Virus record (IMG/VR): IMGVR_UViG_3300028832_000098
Span: 81,241 to 145,240 of that record
Length of the DNA: 64,000 bases
Source: a virus
Lineage: Duplodnaviria; Heunggongvirae; Uroviricota; Caudoviricetes
Direction: 5' to 3' (one strand)
The notes beneath the pieces were generated by a model that saw nothing but the letters and a program-made list of their open reading frames with translations, was not told the origin of the DNA and did not search any database. This document shows, one piece after another, positions 28,544-37,952 of the stretch. The first letter of the stretch is position 1. The number at the start of each line of letters is the position of its first letter. The position numbers and the translations under genes are program-made.

Positions 28544-28581
28544 CAAAAATAAAAACAGCCACGGAATCCTCACGCGGCTGT
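28544..28581 (-). terminator. Intrinsic terminator (imperfect ACAGCC(G)CG hairpin plus TTTTATTTTT)
   Basis: Stem with one mismatch; T-run on the minus strand; follows the 28629 stop. Flanked by a (CAAAA)n-like A/C-rich tract at 28578..28628. Confidence 0.5.
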
Positions 28582-28628
28582 CCCAAAACAAAATAACAAA
28601 ACAAAACTCAAAACAAAAACAAAAAAAG

Positions 28629-28916
28629 TCATATATTTAGAGATGTATCATCTTCTTTCATTGAAAAGTTATTATAGAACTGTATCCTTTTTATGCTGTT
28701 AATAAAATGCACCATCATTTTATCGACATACATCAGAAACATCGAGAATCTCGACTCCCTGTACAGATACTTGCTGACACATTTGTTAAGTATACCCTTT
28801 CCAGATACGTCATACCCACGGTTTTTCGTCAAGCCTGTCTGACGACTCTTGTCTATCACAGACTTGAAATCGCGGTAATTCCATACCCTCATGTCATAAA
28901 CTTTTCTTGTGTCCAT
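28629..28916 (-). CDS. hypothetical protein
   Basis: 95-aa ORF. Confidence 0.3.
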   Translation of the reverse strand: MDTRKVYDMRVWNYRDFKSVIDKSRQTGLTKNRGYDVSGKGILNKCVSKYLYRESRFSMFLMYVDKMMVHFINSIKRIQFYNNFSMKEDDTSLNI

Positions 28917-29091
28917 CGTCTATAATCCTTTTTCTATTTATGACTTCTGTCTTTTTCTTGGTTTCTTGACAGGCTTCTTTCCATTTTTGGAAAACCATAT
29001 TACCTATCTTTTTACCTAAATCCGTTATTCTTCTACAGTTGCATCCCATAGGCCTATATACTGAAATTATCCTTGATATTACCATCCTCAT
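28894..29091 (-). CDS. small basic hypothetical protein
   Basis: 65-aa ORF overlapping its neighbours by a few codons. Confidence 0.25.
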   Translation of the reverse strand: MRMVISRIISVYRPMGCNCRRITDLGKKIGNMVFQKWKEACQETKKKTEVINRKRIIDDGHKKSL

Positions 29092-29410
29092 CTATATAAG
29101 ATGTCGATATGAATTCAACGCCTTTCTTATGGTATTGGTTATAAGCGGCATTAAGGGAAAACACAATCTGGTTCGTAAAGAATGAAAAAGCATTCCCTTT
29201 CTCTGCGTCAAACTTCTTGTACATCTTAAGAAGTTCAAGCATAGCATATTGCTCATAGTCCTTCGCCTCTTCTGGGTTATTATTCCTGTTTCTCATATTC
29301 AGATGCTTGATATGTATCTGAAAGTACTTTACGAGTTCATCGGTAACCTTGCCGGCTTTCTGGCTTTCTATGATAGCTTCAGTATATTTTTTATTGTCTA
29401 TGTATGCCAT
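29054..29410 (-). CDS. Candidate late sigma factor (sigma-70 region 2-only, T4 gp55-like)
   Basis: 118 aa. ...EEAKDYEQYAMLELLKMYKKFD..KGNAFSFFTNQIVFSLNAAYNQYHKK resembles sigma region 2.1-2.3 and gp55 ...[21 protein letters not shown]. Consistent with the TATAAATA promoters in the genome. Confidence 0.4.
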   Translation of the reverse strand: MAYIDNKKYTEAIIESQKAGKVTDELVKYFQIHIKHLNMRNRNNNPEEAKDYEQYAMLELLKMYKKFDAEKGNAFSFFTNQIVFSLNAAYNQYHKKGVEFISTSYIDEDGNIKDNFSI

Positions 29411-29411
29411 C

Positions 29412-29867
29412 TTACAAAAGTTTTATGACTATCGTATCTTCTGAAGGCTCCTTAGGGCATTCCGAAATAATTTCTCCAGTAATTTTGCTTACATACGGAA
29501 ATTCTTCAGTTGCAATCTTCAACTTATCTTCAATCACCTTTCTTGCGAGGTCAGCCTCTTCACAGACATGTTTCGCCTCACGCCATTCGGTTGAAACGTC
29601 ATATTTATACTTTGTGACCGCCTTTCGTACAGTCACGACTGTATCATTATATGGAAAATCTTTCTTCCCTTTGAGATTTACAGAAGCCTCTTTAATGGCT
29701 GCATCTTTTAATCTGAGCATTGCCTCCTGTGCATACTTTTCCATTTTCTTGAAATAGACATACTGCTTTAGGGCATTGTCTACTGACAAATTTAACAAGC
29801 TTTCGTTAATCTGCTGAAGATTTCCTATCTTCAAGTTGTTCACTGTTTCTTCAAATATTCCTTCCAT
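29412..29867 (-). CDS. hypothetical protein
   Basis: 151-aa ORF. Confidence 0.4.
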   Translation of the reverse strand: MEGIFEETVNNLKIGNLQQINESLLNLSVDNALKQYVYFKKMEKYAQEAMLRLKDAAIKEASVNLKGKKDFPYNDTVVTVRKAVTKYKYDVSTEWREAKHVCEEADLARKVIEDKLKIATEEFPYVSKITGEIISECPKEPSEDTIVIKLL

Positions 29868-29885
29868 AATTATATTGCTTAAAAA

Positions 29886-30536
29886 TTATTCTTGTTTTAA
29901 TTTATACTCTTTCATATCAGGGTCTGGGTCGAGTACAATTTTCTTCGCCCATATAATATAAAATTCGCCTAAATCGAATCTAAGAGTCGTATCAGATGTC
30001 ATGTAGATATTGACTGTATCCTTACTGAAGACCTTCATAAGGTTGTATAGTCTCGTGAACCATTGCATATCGACATAAATGTCTTTAAAGATTTCACAGA
30101 GATAATTCCTGAATGTCTCCCTTGTACCTTTGCATACTGGACATTCAAGCTCTTTCTCGTCATACCAGTCACTATGCTTGCCCTTGTACCAATAGGTAAC
30201 GGTTCCTGCTCCACCACATTCCGGACATGAGTGTTCGCCTTCAATAAACTGCTTTGAGATATTGTGTACCTCTTCTATTGTCGCAGTCACATACTCTGTG
30301 TCCTTTGCCGCCGTACTTGGAACTGCTTTGAATTTAGGCGTGCTGTCATCTGGTTTCGTATCAAACCCTTTCGTAATGTCAAATCCCTTTGATTTCAGGT
30401 ATTCGACAGGCATTACAAGCATACAATAGCTGTCAGACACATAAACTGTGTCATCTATGACTATAAACCTTGAAAGCTGAAGTCGCTTGTCAGAGCAATA
30501 GCTGCGCAATACCTCGTAAATTTCCTTACTGTCCAT
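29886..30536 (-). CDS. zinc-ribbon containing hypothetical protein
   Basis: CPECGGAG...CPVCKG pair. Confidence 0.4.
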   Translation of the reverse strand: MDSKEIYEVLRSYCSDKRLQLSRFIVIDDTVYVSDSYCMLVMPVEYLKSKGFDITKGFDTKPDDSTPKFKAVPSTAAKDTEYVTATIEEVHNISKQFIEGEHSCPECGGAGTVTYWYKGKHSDWYDEKELECPVCKGTRETFRNYLCEIFKDIYVDMQWFTRLYNLMKVFSKDTVNIYMTSDTTLRFDLGEFYIIWAKKIVLDPDPDMKEYKLKQE

Positions 30537-30547
30537 AACTCTAAGTT

Positions 30548-30847
30548 CTATCTATTCTTGGTTAAGTAAATAAGAATTTTGCCACTTATAGTTTCAGGGT
30601 CGAAGTTTTTGTATATACCAAGAACTATGCCTGAATCATCGTAATTACTGTCCTTCTCCTTTGTCGCTGTCGCAATCGATTGGAAAATGATGTAAAGGAT
30701 TATCGTAAAGATATTCACGATAGGGATTATCGAGCACAGGATAAGCCCTAATAATTTTGTTATAGACATTGCATGTGTCGCGTTTAAGTGCAGAAACCAA
30801 ATAATGAAATTCAGCACCATCGGAATAAGAATAACTAATTCATTCAT
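30548..30847 (-). CDS. small membrane protein (holin-like, 2-3 TM helices)
   Basis: Hydrophobic segments ILIPMVLNFIIWFL and LLGLILCSIIPIVNIFTIILYIIF. Confidence 0.35.
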   Translation of the reverse strand: MNELVILIPMVLNFIIWFLHLNATHAMSITKLLGLILCSIIPIVNIFTIILYIIFQSIATATKEKDSNYDDSGIVLGIYKNFDPETISGKILIYLTKNR

Positions 30848-30865
30848 ATTACATCATGTTTAAAT

Positions 30866-31471
30866 TTACCACCAAAGAAAATTAAAATATTTTATAAAAG
30901 CTTGTTTTCCCTCTTCATATTTCTCTTTATTTTTTGGGCTTTTCTCATAAATGACTCTTTCATCATTTGTCTTGTTTTCTATCCAATATATCATTTTATC
31001 TATCTCAGCCCTCCATTCATCAAGAGTCTTAAATTCGGAACCTCCAGGCATGGAATCAGTTTGTTCCTTGAATGCCTTCAGCCTTGGCTTTATGAATTCG
31101 AGAATAGTCATATCAAGATTCCAAAGCTCGGTGTCGTCAAATCCCCTTGTAAGGCGTTGCTCTTCCCACATCTTCCACCTTTCGTCATCAGGCTTTCCTA
31201 CCGTGAAATTCACGTTCTTTATACCTAATGGGTCGAGTCTGTTCAGTTCACGCTTCAGGTATGCCCACATAACAGGCATGCCTTTATACTGTTCCATAAG
31301 CTCATCGCAGTCGACATCGTCATACGTATAATAATTAACGTACGGATTCTTTTCATTCCTTTCAGCGACTATGATATTGCTTTTGTCTTCAGGCTTGAAT
31401 TCTTCTGACAATATCTGCCATTTATTAACGAGGCATCCTGCCTCATATTCCGTTATTTCCTTTCTATCCAT
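30866..31471 (-). CDS. hypothetical protein
   Basis: 201-aa ORF. Confidence 0.4.
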   Translation of the reverse strand: MDRKEITEYEAGCLVNKWQILSEEFKPEDKSNIIVAERNEKNPYVNYYTYDDVDCDELMEQYKGMPVMWAYLKRELNRLDPLGIKNVNFTVGKPDDERWKMWEEQRLTRGFDDTELWNLDMTILEFIKPRLKAFKEQTDSMPGGSEFKTLDEWRAEIDKMIYWIENKTNDERVIYEKSPKNKEKYEEGKQAFIKYFNFLWW

Positions 31472-31537
31472 CTTTTTAAATTTTTAAGAACTACTCTGAA
31501 TCGAATTGATTTAACAGATTCACTGTTACAAAAATTC

Positions 31538-31568
31538 AAAGCCTACACTGTTCTTGCATAGGCTTTGA
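31538..31568 (-). terminator. Hairpin CAAAGCCTA-N13-TAGGCTTTG after the SPFH gene
   Basis: Perfect 9-bp stem 20 nt past the 31589 stop, followed by AATTTTTG on the minus strand. Confidence 0.45.
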
Positions 31569-31588
31569 AGGTAAAATGTAATTAGTTT

Positions 31589-32398
31589 TTATTTTATATT
31601 CAGGAACGGGATAGTATTGCCTGCATTCGTAACCGGAAGTTTTCCATCCCATTTCTCCAGGGCATACTGCTGTACAAGAGTAGGCGTCAGGGAATTAGCT
31701 ACTGTACGGTTATAATAAGCTTCTCCATCAGCCATTGCCTTCAGTGAATCCGCATATCCTCGTGCTTTCGCAACAGCAATCTTTGCATTAGCCTCTGCTT
31801 CTTTCACTTGGTTCTCTGCCTTAAGTGCAGATTGTACAGCGGCATTCTTTGCATCAATCATTGCAGACAAACTTTTTGGCGGAATTATCTGTGATGTAAA
31901 CTCTTTTATATCAAATCCTTCACTTGCAAGGGATGAATCAAGCATAATTCTGACGTCATTCTCAAAAGTCGCTCGATTGCTCATAAGTTCGTCTGACGTG
32001 TATCTATTCGCACATATTCTGTAAGCATCATAAATGCAAGTCTTGATATAGCCATCTTCAATAACCCTCAGTTTGGCGCGATACGTTTTGAATACATCTA
32101 TAGCCTTTGCTCGATTCAATTTATATGACAGATACGGGTCCATCGTAAAGATGGCAGCGTCTTTTGTCATAATTTTTAATGAATCGTAATCCTTTTGTTG
32201 TACCACAACCGGATAAGTATACACGGATGTGGTAAACGGGTTATACCACGTCCAGCCTGTACACGTTGTCGCACTTAACTCACCTTGCTCGGTAAGGCTG
32301 AATTTTTTAAACTTGATTCCAACCTCTGAGGAATCCACTCTGGCGCAGCTTGCGAACATTGTCGCAATGACTGCAAAAAGCAATAATACTTTCTTCAT
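31589..32398 (-). CDS. SPFH/band-7 (prohibitin/HflC-like) domain lipoprotein
   Basis: Signal peptide plus lipobox MKKVLLLFAVIATMFASC; SPFH-like core and a C-terminal Ala/Lys/Glu-rich coiled coil. Confidence 0.55.
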   Translation of the reverse strand: MKKVLLLFAVIATMFASCARVDSSEVGIKFKKFSLTEQGELSATTCTGWTWYNPFTTSVYTYPVVVQQKDYDSLKIMTKDAAIFTMDPYLSYKLNRAKAIDVFKTYRAKLRVIEDGYIKTCIYDAYRICANRYTSDELMSNRATFENDVRIMLDSSLASEGFDIKEFTSQIIPPKSLSAMIDAKNAAVQSALKAENQVKEAEANAKIAVAKARGYADSLKAMADGEAYYNRTVANSLTPTLVQQYALEKWDGKLPVTNAGNTIPFLNIK

Positions 32399-32432
32399 TT
32401 TAAAACTGTTTTATTTGTGTTATTTTAATAGT

Positions 32433-33059
32433 TTACAAATCAACTGAAATTTTAATTCCTGAATCGAGACTCTTAAATAAGTCATCAGAATACATCGTTC
32501 CTAAGTCCATAAAATTTGTCCTGTCAAAAATTCTGATTTCTCGAGAACCTTCATCATCCCAATCCTTTTGTATAAGGATTTTAAGCTCATAGTCATCGAC
32601 AACTTTCTGCAAAGCCTGCTTGAAAGAATCCTTTATCTTAGCAGATACGATTTCAAACAATTCAAGCCTTACTTGTTTCTCGATAGCTTCGATAAAATTT
32701 TTTACACTTGAATTTATAGTAGTGCTCAAATCTTCTTTGGGAAATCCGTATAATTTTGAAAGACTTGCTTTCATTTTAGCAAACTCTTTAGAACCTTTCT
32801 TACATTGATAGCTATCAATCAATTCAGGCTCATTCTGAATACGGCGTTTCCCATTATTTGTACTGTTGTCACTCATAAACTTTCTGACGTCGCACTTAAC
32901 GAAATCATAAGTTTGTCTGTCTTCATTCATCTTGATACTGAAAGAAATCAAATATCCAGATATAGCAACAGAAGACACATATTGGAAGTCAGAATCTTTG
33001 ACAATTTGTTTCCAGTATTTCTTAAAAAGAGTACGCCTCAGATTTTTACTTGCTCTCAT
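32433..33059 (-). CDS. hypothetical protein
   Basis: 208-aa ORF preceded by GTTGTTTATTATATAAAAACAAAAC. Confidence 0.4.
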   Translation of the reverse strand: MRASKNLRRTLFKKYWKQIVKDSDFQYVSSVAISGYLISFSIKMNEDRQTYDFVKCDVRKFMSDNSTNNGKRRIQNEPELIDSYQCKKGSKEFAKMKASLSKLYGFPKEDLSTTINSSVKNFIEAIEKQVRLELFEIVSAKIKDSFKQALQKVVDDYELKILIQKDWDDEGSREIRIFDRTNFMDLGTMYSDDLFKSLDSGIKISVDL

Positions 33060-33083
33060 CTTGTTTTGTTTACCGTTTTGTTT

Positions 33084-35711
33084 TTATATAATAAACAACA
33101 TTTTGCCGGTAATTTCAAGTTTTTTAAGCATTAAATTATTTTTCACTGTTTCCTGGTCTTCGTCATTCCTGACTTTTATGAGAGACTCGATACTATTATA
33201 AGTGTTGTCGTTCCTATCAGTTATCGTAATTCCCACGGTATAGTTTCCAGCATCTTTATATAAGAAATACAAATAATCCCTGCCTGACGTATAAACAAGT
33301 TCTCCGTCTTTCGTGACAGACCATTTTATATCCTTTATACCTGCTATCCTTGTTATATTGCAAGACATCACTATCCACGTATATGGCCTGACGGTAACAC
33401 CGTTCCAGACATACCTCAGCCTGTCGAATATGTCATATACCGTTTCAGATGACTCAGAATCCTCGCAATGGGTCGATACGTCATAACTTATATTATCAGT
33501 GGTCGAAAACAACAGCGTACCAAGATTGTCATAGAAATACGGGTAATACATGTCCATATCTGATTCCTCGACATCATGACTCATAATATATTCTTTAAGC
33601 TTACTGATAAATTCGACGACTGTCTTCTTTTGCTCGTCAGAATACATTCCGGCGTTAGGATTTTCTCTCGCATCGTAATAGAATCCGTTAAGCTCTATCT
33701 GCAAGGGGCGTACATATATGATAACAGGTTTAGTCATACCCATATTGTTGCATGCGTCATAATAACAGCAGGTGACAGTATAATTTCCGGTATACTTGAA
33801 TCTGAACAATACCTTGCAGACCTCATCATAAGTTCCTTCGATGGTTATCTCTTCATAATTTTGTTCTTCATGAACTGCCTTCCATACTATCCTTCTATAT
33901 TTTTCGCCGGTATCGAGGTCTCCTATCGTCAAATCGTCCGAATATGCTGATATTGGCACATTCTTGTCACCTATCGCAATGCTGCCTGACGGTATGAATT
34001 CACATATACACTTACCAGACATCTCAATAACTTCTGAACTTTCAGAATCTTCGAAGCTTTCGTTATCTATATAGTCATGATTTTTGTCAAATGATATGAA
34101 AGCATCAACCATTTCGGCAGGAGTCATAGGTATTTGCTCCTTATATCCAAGGACGATATAATGAGGCCATTCCGTATCATAGTCGTCATTAAAATTCCAG
34201 TTATCGCAATTATGGTATTCGATGGTTACATACGGATTTCCAGTATACTCGTTTATGCCTTTATCCGTTATTTCATAATCACCTGTGAATTCTCCTCCGT
34301 CGCCTCTTTTGACTTCTATCGAGCTGAAGTCAATATCGTCGACATCAGTATCCCACCTTATACCTATTATGTTATAATCGTCATCCCGTATTTTTTCATA
34401 AGGATGCGTCGCTCCCGGACTGTTGAGCACATTCCCGTTCTTATATTCTTTCTCAACCGTTTTCTCTTTCTTAGGCAAAGATTCAAGATATTTGTTAAAC
34501 AGAAGGTCTGACGTTATGAACACGTCATTTGTCAAGACATTGGTATACGCGAAGCCGTCTCCAGCAAGAATGTCATCGAATCTGCTTTTCTGTATAACAT
34601 TATTAAGAGTCGCTGTCGTGAAATAAATTGTCTCGCCTGTTATGTCATAAATCCTGCTGCTCACAGGCATAAACTCATTATTGAGCTTGTCTTTAAGCAG
34701 ACCAAGCTTTATATTGGCGTCCTCTATGGAGTATTTGAACACTTCCTTGATTTCAGGATTTCCGTCAGGGCCTATGTCGTTAAGAGCCTTTGTAATGTCA
34801 TAGGCGAGCGATATGTAACTTGATTTCTTGTAATCAAGAGAAGGCAGTTGTATCGAGCCTGGATATTTTACCTGCAATTTCTTCCCGGTATGCAAGTCAT
34901 ACCAATACTCATAAATCCTCATATCGTAGCCGTAGAATTTTATGGCTTTGATAAGGCTTGAATACGAACCAGTTCTACGGTATATGTCAGGACCTTCAAG
35001 AAGCATTTCCTTTCGCTTACGGTTAATAAGAATCCTATCATAAATCGGTTCGTGTATGTTTGATTCCGCGAATATCTGCGAATCAGACGTTTTTACGTCA
35101 TACCCGAAATTCTTACAAAGCACGGCAAGGCGTTCGTCCTCATAGACTGCCTCAGCATACATCGTTATTTCTGCAAGATGTTTTCTCTTACCCTTAATAT
35201 CTATAATGTCGATATAAAGGGTTCTCATAAAAGTCTTGGACAAATATCTTTCGTCGGCTGAAAAGCAGATGTCGATGTCGAGAGTCCTTATATCGGCATC
35301 CGTCAGTTCGTCATCAGACTCTTCAGATGTCTCAGCAAGCTTTATATACTTTTCTATTTTCGGCGACCTTATAATATCGGTGACATCCGGTCCGTCTTGA
35401 GGCGTAAATTTTAATGCAGATGTCTCTGTTATAAATTCATCCCTCGGATATTCAAGTATGCCGAATTCGTCGACGTACTTATTCACGGGGTCCCAGTAAA
35501 GCGCAAGGAATTCTTGATTCCCGGATTCCGACATCGGATACACGGGTATTCCGTCAATAAGTTCAGTAATCCTTATAGTCTCAGTACCATACAGCTCAAC
35601 AGAAACCTTCTTGAAAACGATAATACCTTTATAGATACCTTCGTTCTCATCATACCTGAAATTATATGGCTTTCCGATTTTATCGAAAAATAAGAGCTTA
35701 TCTATCTGCAT
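33084..35711 (-). CDS. Large structural protein with two C-terminal PKD/Ig-like domains
   Basis: 875 aa. PKD signatures GNYTVTCCYYDACNNMG and GNYTVGITITDRNDN; TATAAATA 16 nt upstream. Confidence 0.5.
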   Translation of the reverse strand: MQIDKLLFFDKIGKPYNFRYDENEGIYKGIIVFKKVSVELYGTETIRITELIDGIPVYPMSESGNQEFLALYWDPVNKYVDEFGILEYPRDEFITETSALKFTPQDGPDVTDIIRSPKIEKYIKLAETSEESDDELTDADIRTLDIDICFSADERYLSKTFMRTLYIDIIDIKGKRKHLAEITMYAEAVYEDERLAVLCKNFGYDVKTSDSQIFAESNIHEPIYDRILINRKRKEMLLEGPDIYRRTGSYSSLIKAIKFYGYDMRIYEYWYDLHTGKKLQVKYPGSIQLPSLDYKKSSYISLAYDITKALNDIGPDGNPEIKEVFKYSIEDANIKLGLLKDKLNNEFMPVSSRIYDITGETIYFTTATLNNVIQKSRFDDILAGDGFAYTNVLTNDVFITSDLLFNKYLESLPKKEKTVEKEYKNGNVLNSPGATHPYEKIRDDDYNIIGIRWDTDVDDIDFSSIEVKRGDGGEFTGDYEITDKGINEYTGNPYVTIEYHNCDNWNFNDDYDTEWPHYIVLGYKEQIPMTPAEMVDAFISFDKNHDYIDNESFEDSESSEVIEMSGKCICEFIPSGSIAIGDKNVPISAYSDDLTIGDLDTGEKYRRIVWKAVHEEQNYEEITIEGTYDEVCKVLFRFKYTGNYTVTCCYYDACNNMGMTKPVIIYVRPLQIELNGFYYDARENPNAGMYSDEQKKTVVEFISKLKEYIMSHDVEESDMDMYYPYFYDNLGTLLFSTTDNISYDVSTHCEDSESSETVYDIFDRLRYVWNGVTVRPYTWIVMSCNITRIAGIKDIKWSVTKDGELVYTSGRDYLYFLYKDAGNYTVGITITDRNDNTYNSIESLIKVRNDEDQETVKNNLMLKKLEITGKMLFII

Positions 35712-35727
35712 TTGAACTGTCTTTTTC

Positions 35728-35735
35728 TATTTATA
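35728..35735 (-). promoter_or_regulatory. T4-type late promoter TATAAATA
   Basis: TTTTTTTATAAATAGAAAAAGACAGTTCAAATG on the minus strand. Confidence 0.45.
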
Positions 35736-35767
35736 AAAAAACCAGCCGGCAAATTTCTGTCGACTGG
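35734..35767 (-). terminator. Terminator-like hairpin (CCAGTCG/CGGCTGG, 1 mismatch) plus T7 run
   Basis: Follows the 35795 stop; the T-run merges into the promoter. Confidence 0.4.
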
Positions 35768-35794
35768 ATATGTCATCGTTTACAGGTGTTCCTC

Positions 35795-36214
35795 TTAACT
35801 GAATTTGACGACAATTCCTTTATTGTTAAAAATCCTGAAATAATATCTGCCGGATTCCACAGACGTACAGTTTATGTAAGCCCAGAAAATCTGGGAGCCG
35901 TTAGATATGCTTGTCACATCTGTCGTGGATGAAGGCATAGAAATATAACCGGCTGACGTGAATTCACCTTCTATAACTTTAAGACTGTCGCCGTCAGATG
36001 TCATAGTATTCGGCAGTTGTGGAAACTCGCTGATTTCGCCTAAATCATAATAATAGCCGACTTCAAGTCCGATAGTCGCATTATAATACTTTTTCTGAAT
36101 GCTCTTCGTATTTAATGCTCCGACTCCTTCTTTGACTATCTTGAAATTCCTGTTAATTTTTTCACGTGATACTTTCAGGCTGTCTTTCGGTTCTATCTTT
36201 ATAAAATCTTCCAT
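35795..36214 (-). CDS. hypothetical protein
   Basis: 139-aa ORF. Confidence 0.4.
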   Translation of the reverse strand: MEDFIKIEPKDSLKVSREKINRNFKIVKEGVGALNTKSIQKKYYNATIGLEVGYYYDLGEISEFPQLPNTMTSDGDSLKVIEGEFTSAGYISMPSSTTDVTSISNGSQIFWAYINCTSVESGRYYFRIFNNKGIVVKFS

Positions 36215-36233
36215 CGCTTTATCTTTTTAAACA

Positions 36234-37937
36234 TTAAACTGCAGGTTCACCGCCTTCTGGAGCGCCGCCTGCTTCAGGAGCTCCGCCGCTTATGTCCATG
36301 CTGCCTCCCATATCGCCTCCGCCGCCCATGTCCATGCCGCCTCCCATATCCATTCCTCCGCCACCCATATCGCCACCTCCCATATCCATTCCACCACCGC
36401 CCATATCACCTCCCATAGAAGGTTGTTGCTCAGTAGCAGCCTTTTCTGCTTCTTCTTTACGTTTCTTAGCTTTCTCCTTCTTAATCCTCTCATTTTCTTC
36501 AAGCTCTGCAGGCGTGAACAACGAGAATTTCTTCATTAAGAAGTCAGGGTCGAAATATGGTGTTTGGTTTCCTTGTTCGTCAGTTACCTGTATCGAATTA
36601 AGAATACCTGAAATAGCATTGATATTCTGCTGTATGATTGTAAGCTTCTTAATTTGAAGATAGACTGAGTCTGACTGGTATACGAGGTGCAAAGATGCAA
36701 GGAAAGAAATGTCATCCTTTATTTCGTTGTCAAGACAAATCTGAATATAGATAGGCTTGATAAAAAGCATCTGGTAAATATTCCGAAGCCTTGCTATAAA
36801 CCTGCTGAACCTGATTTCTTCCCTATGTATTCCTTCGACGTTCATCGTATATTGGGCGCCAGCCTGTCTGTCAAACCTTGCAAGAGGTACTTTCGTTATA
36901 TCGTGGAACTTATCGGCGAAATACGTCAACGGCTGTATATTCGACAAGTCTGGTCCACCGTTATTGCTCAAGACCGAAACTTCAGGCTTGCTGCCTTCAG
37001 TCATGGCGAAGAACATCTGCTTATAGAACGGCAACATCGGATGTCCGTTGGTCTTTATCTCGCCTGTCGACCAGTTGAAGTCAACTTGCTCAGCCTGGTC
37101 TGCTGCAACTTGCGCGAGTCGTTGCTTTCCCTTTTGTGGCGACACCGCTCCGACAGGTACGACATAATTCATTTTCAAAGAGGAGTTGACGACAGAGAAT
37201 ATAATTCTCGTCGATTCCATAATCCTCAATGTATTGAATGAACGTATAAGCCTTGAAACATAGCTGAGGTCGTTATCTTCATCTGAATAAGATATGATAA
37301 CAATCTCTTGCTCAGTCAACGTAAGGTTTATGACATTCCCCGTCGTTAAGTCATTAGTGCTGACCTTATACAGTATCTTGCCGTCTTTGTCACATATCTT
37401 TTCGACATTCGCTGGGTCAAGCTCTACAAAGTCAATTATGTTTTTCTGTTTTTCGTCATATATTATACGGTATGCAAGCTTACCATCGACAATCCATCTC
37501 CTGAAAAGCCTCCAGACATCATCTGTATTCATAAGACCGTAGAGATACCTGAACTTCATAAAGTATTCAGGCAGTTTCTCCTTCACTTTTTCAGAAATCT
37601 TGTCAGCCGTTGATTCTATATATGCGAAATCACGGTCTTGCTCTGTCGAACAAATACTCTCGTCACAAACAATATCAAGTATTTTGTCTATGTCGTCTTC
37701 TGCGGCGTATTTCCTACAAGTCTCCCTCTGTACTGAATAACTTGCAGGCTGCGAGCCTCCAATGCCTTCAGCGCGGTGCCAGCTGTTCTGCGGAACAGAT
37801 ATTACCTGCGAAAGCGATGTCATATTGTCAGGCGAATAGGCCCTACCGGTAAACCTGACATTCGCGAGCTTCTTACGCAATGTCACTTGGCCTCCGTACA
37901 TTCCGGTACCTATACCTCTGTTAATAAATCCTGCCAT
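36234..37937 (-). CDS. Portal protein (T4 gp20-like) with a C-terminal Gly/Met/Asp low-complexity tail
   Basis: [23 protein letters not shown] matches gp20 [44 protein letters not shown] matches gp20 [24 protein letters not shown]. C-terminus ([11 protein letters not shown])n. Confidence 0.7.
   Translation of the reverse strand: [567 protein letters not shown]
36300..36425. repeat. Coding tandem repeats (ccatatcca[ct]tcc[tg]ccgcc[ac]cc units) encoding the GGGMDMGGG tail of the portal
   Basis: Visible 12-15 bp periodicity. Confidence 0.7.
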
Positions 37938-37952
37938 CCTCTAAAATGATAA

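Noticed and set aside
36292-36657. Plus-strand ORF (MSMLPPISPPPPMSMPPPIS...) and similar antisense ORFs inside large genes (e.g. 13012..13380, 33576..33950, 43341..43811)
   Set aside because: These are antisense readings of the portal Gly/Met repeat or of long coding regions. They have low complexity or are fully embedded, so they are not counted as genes.
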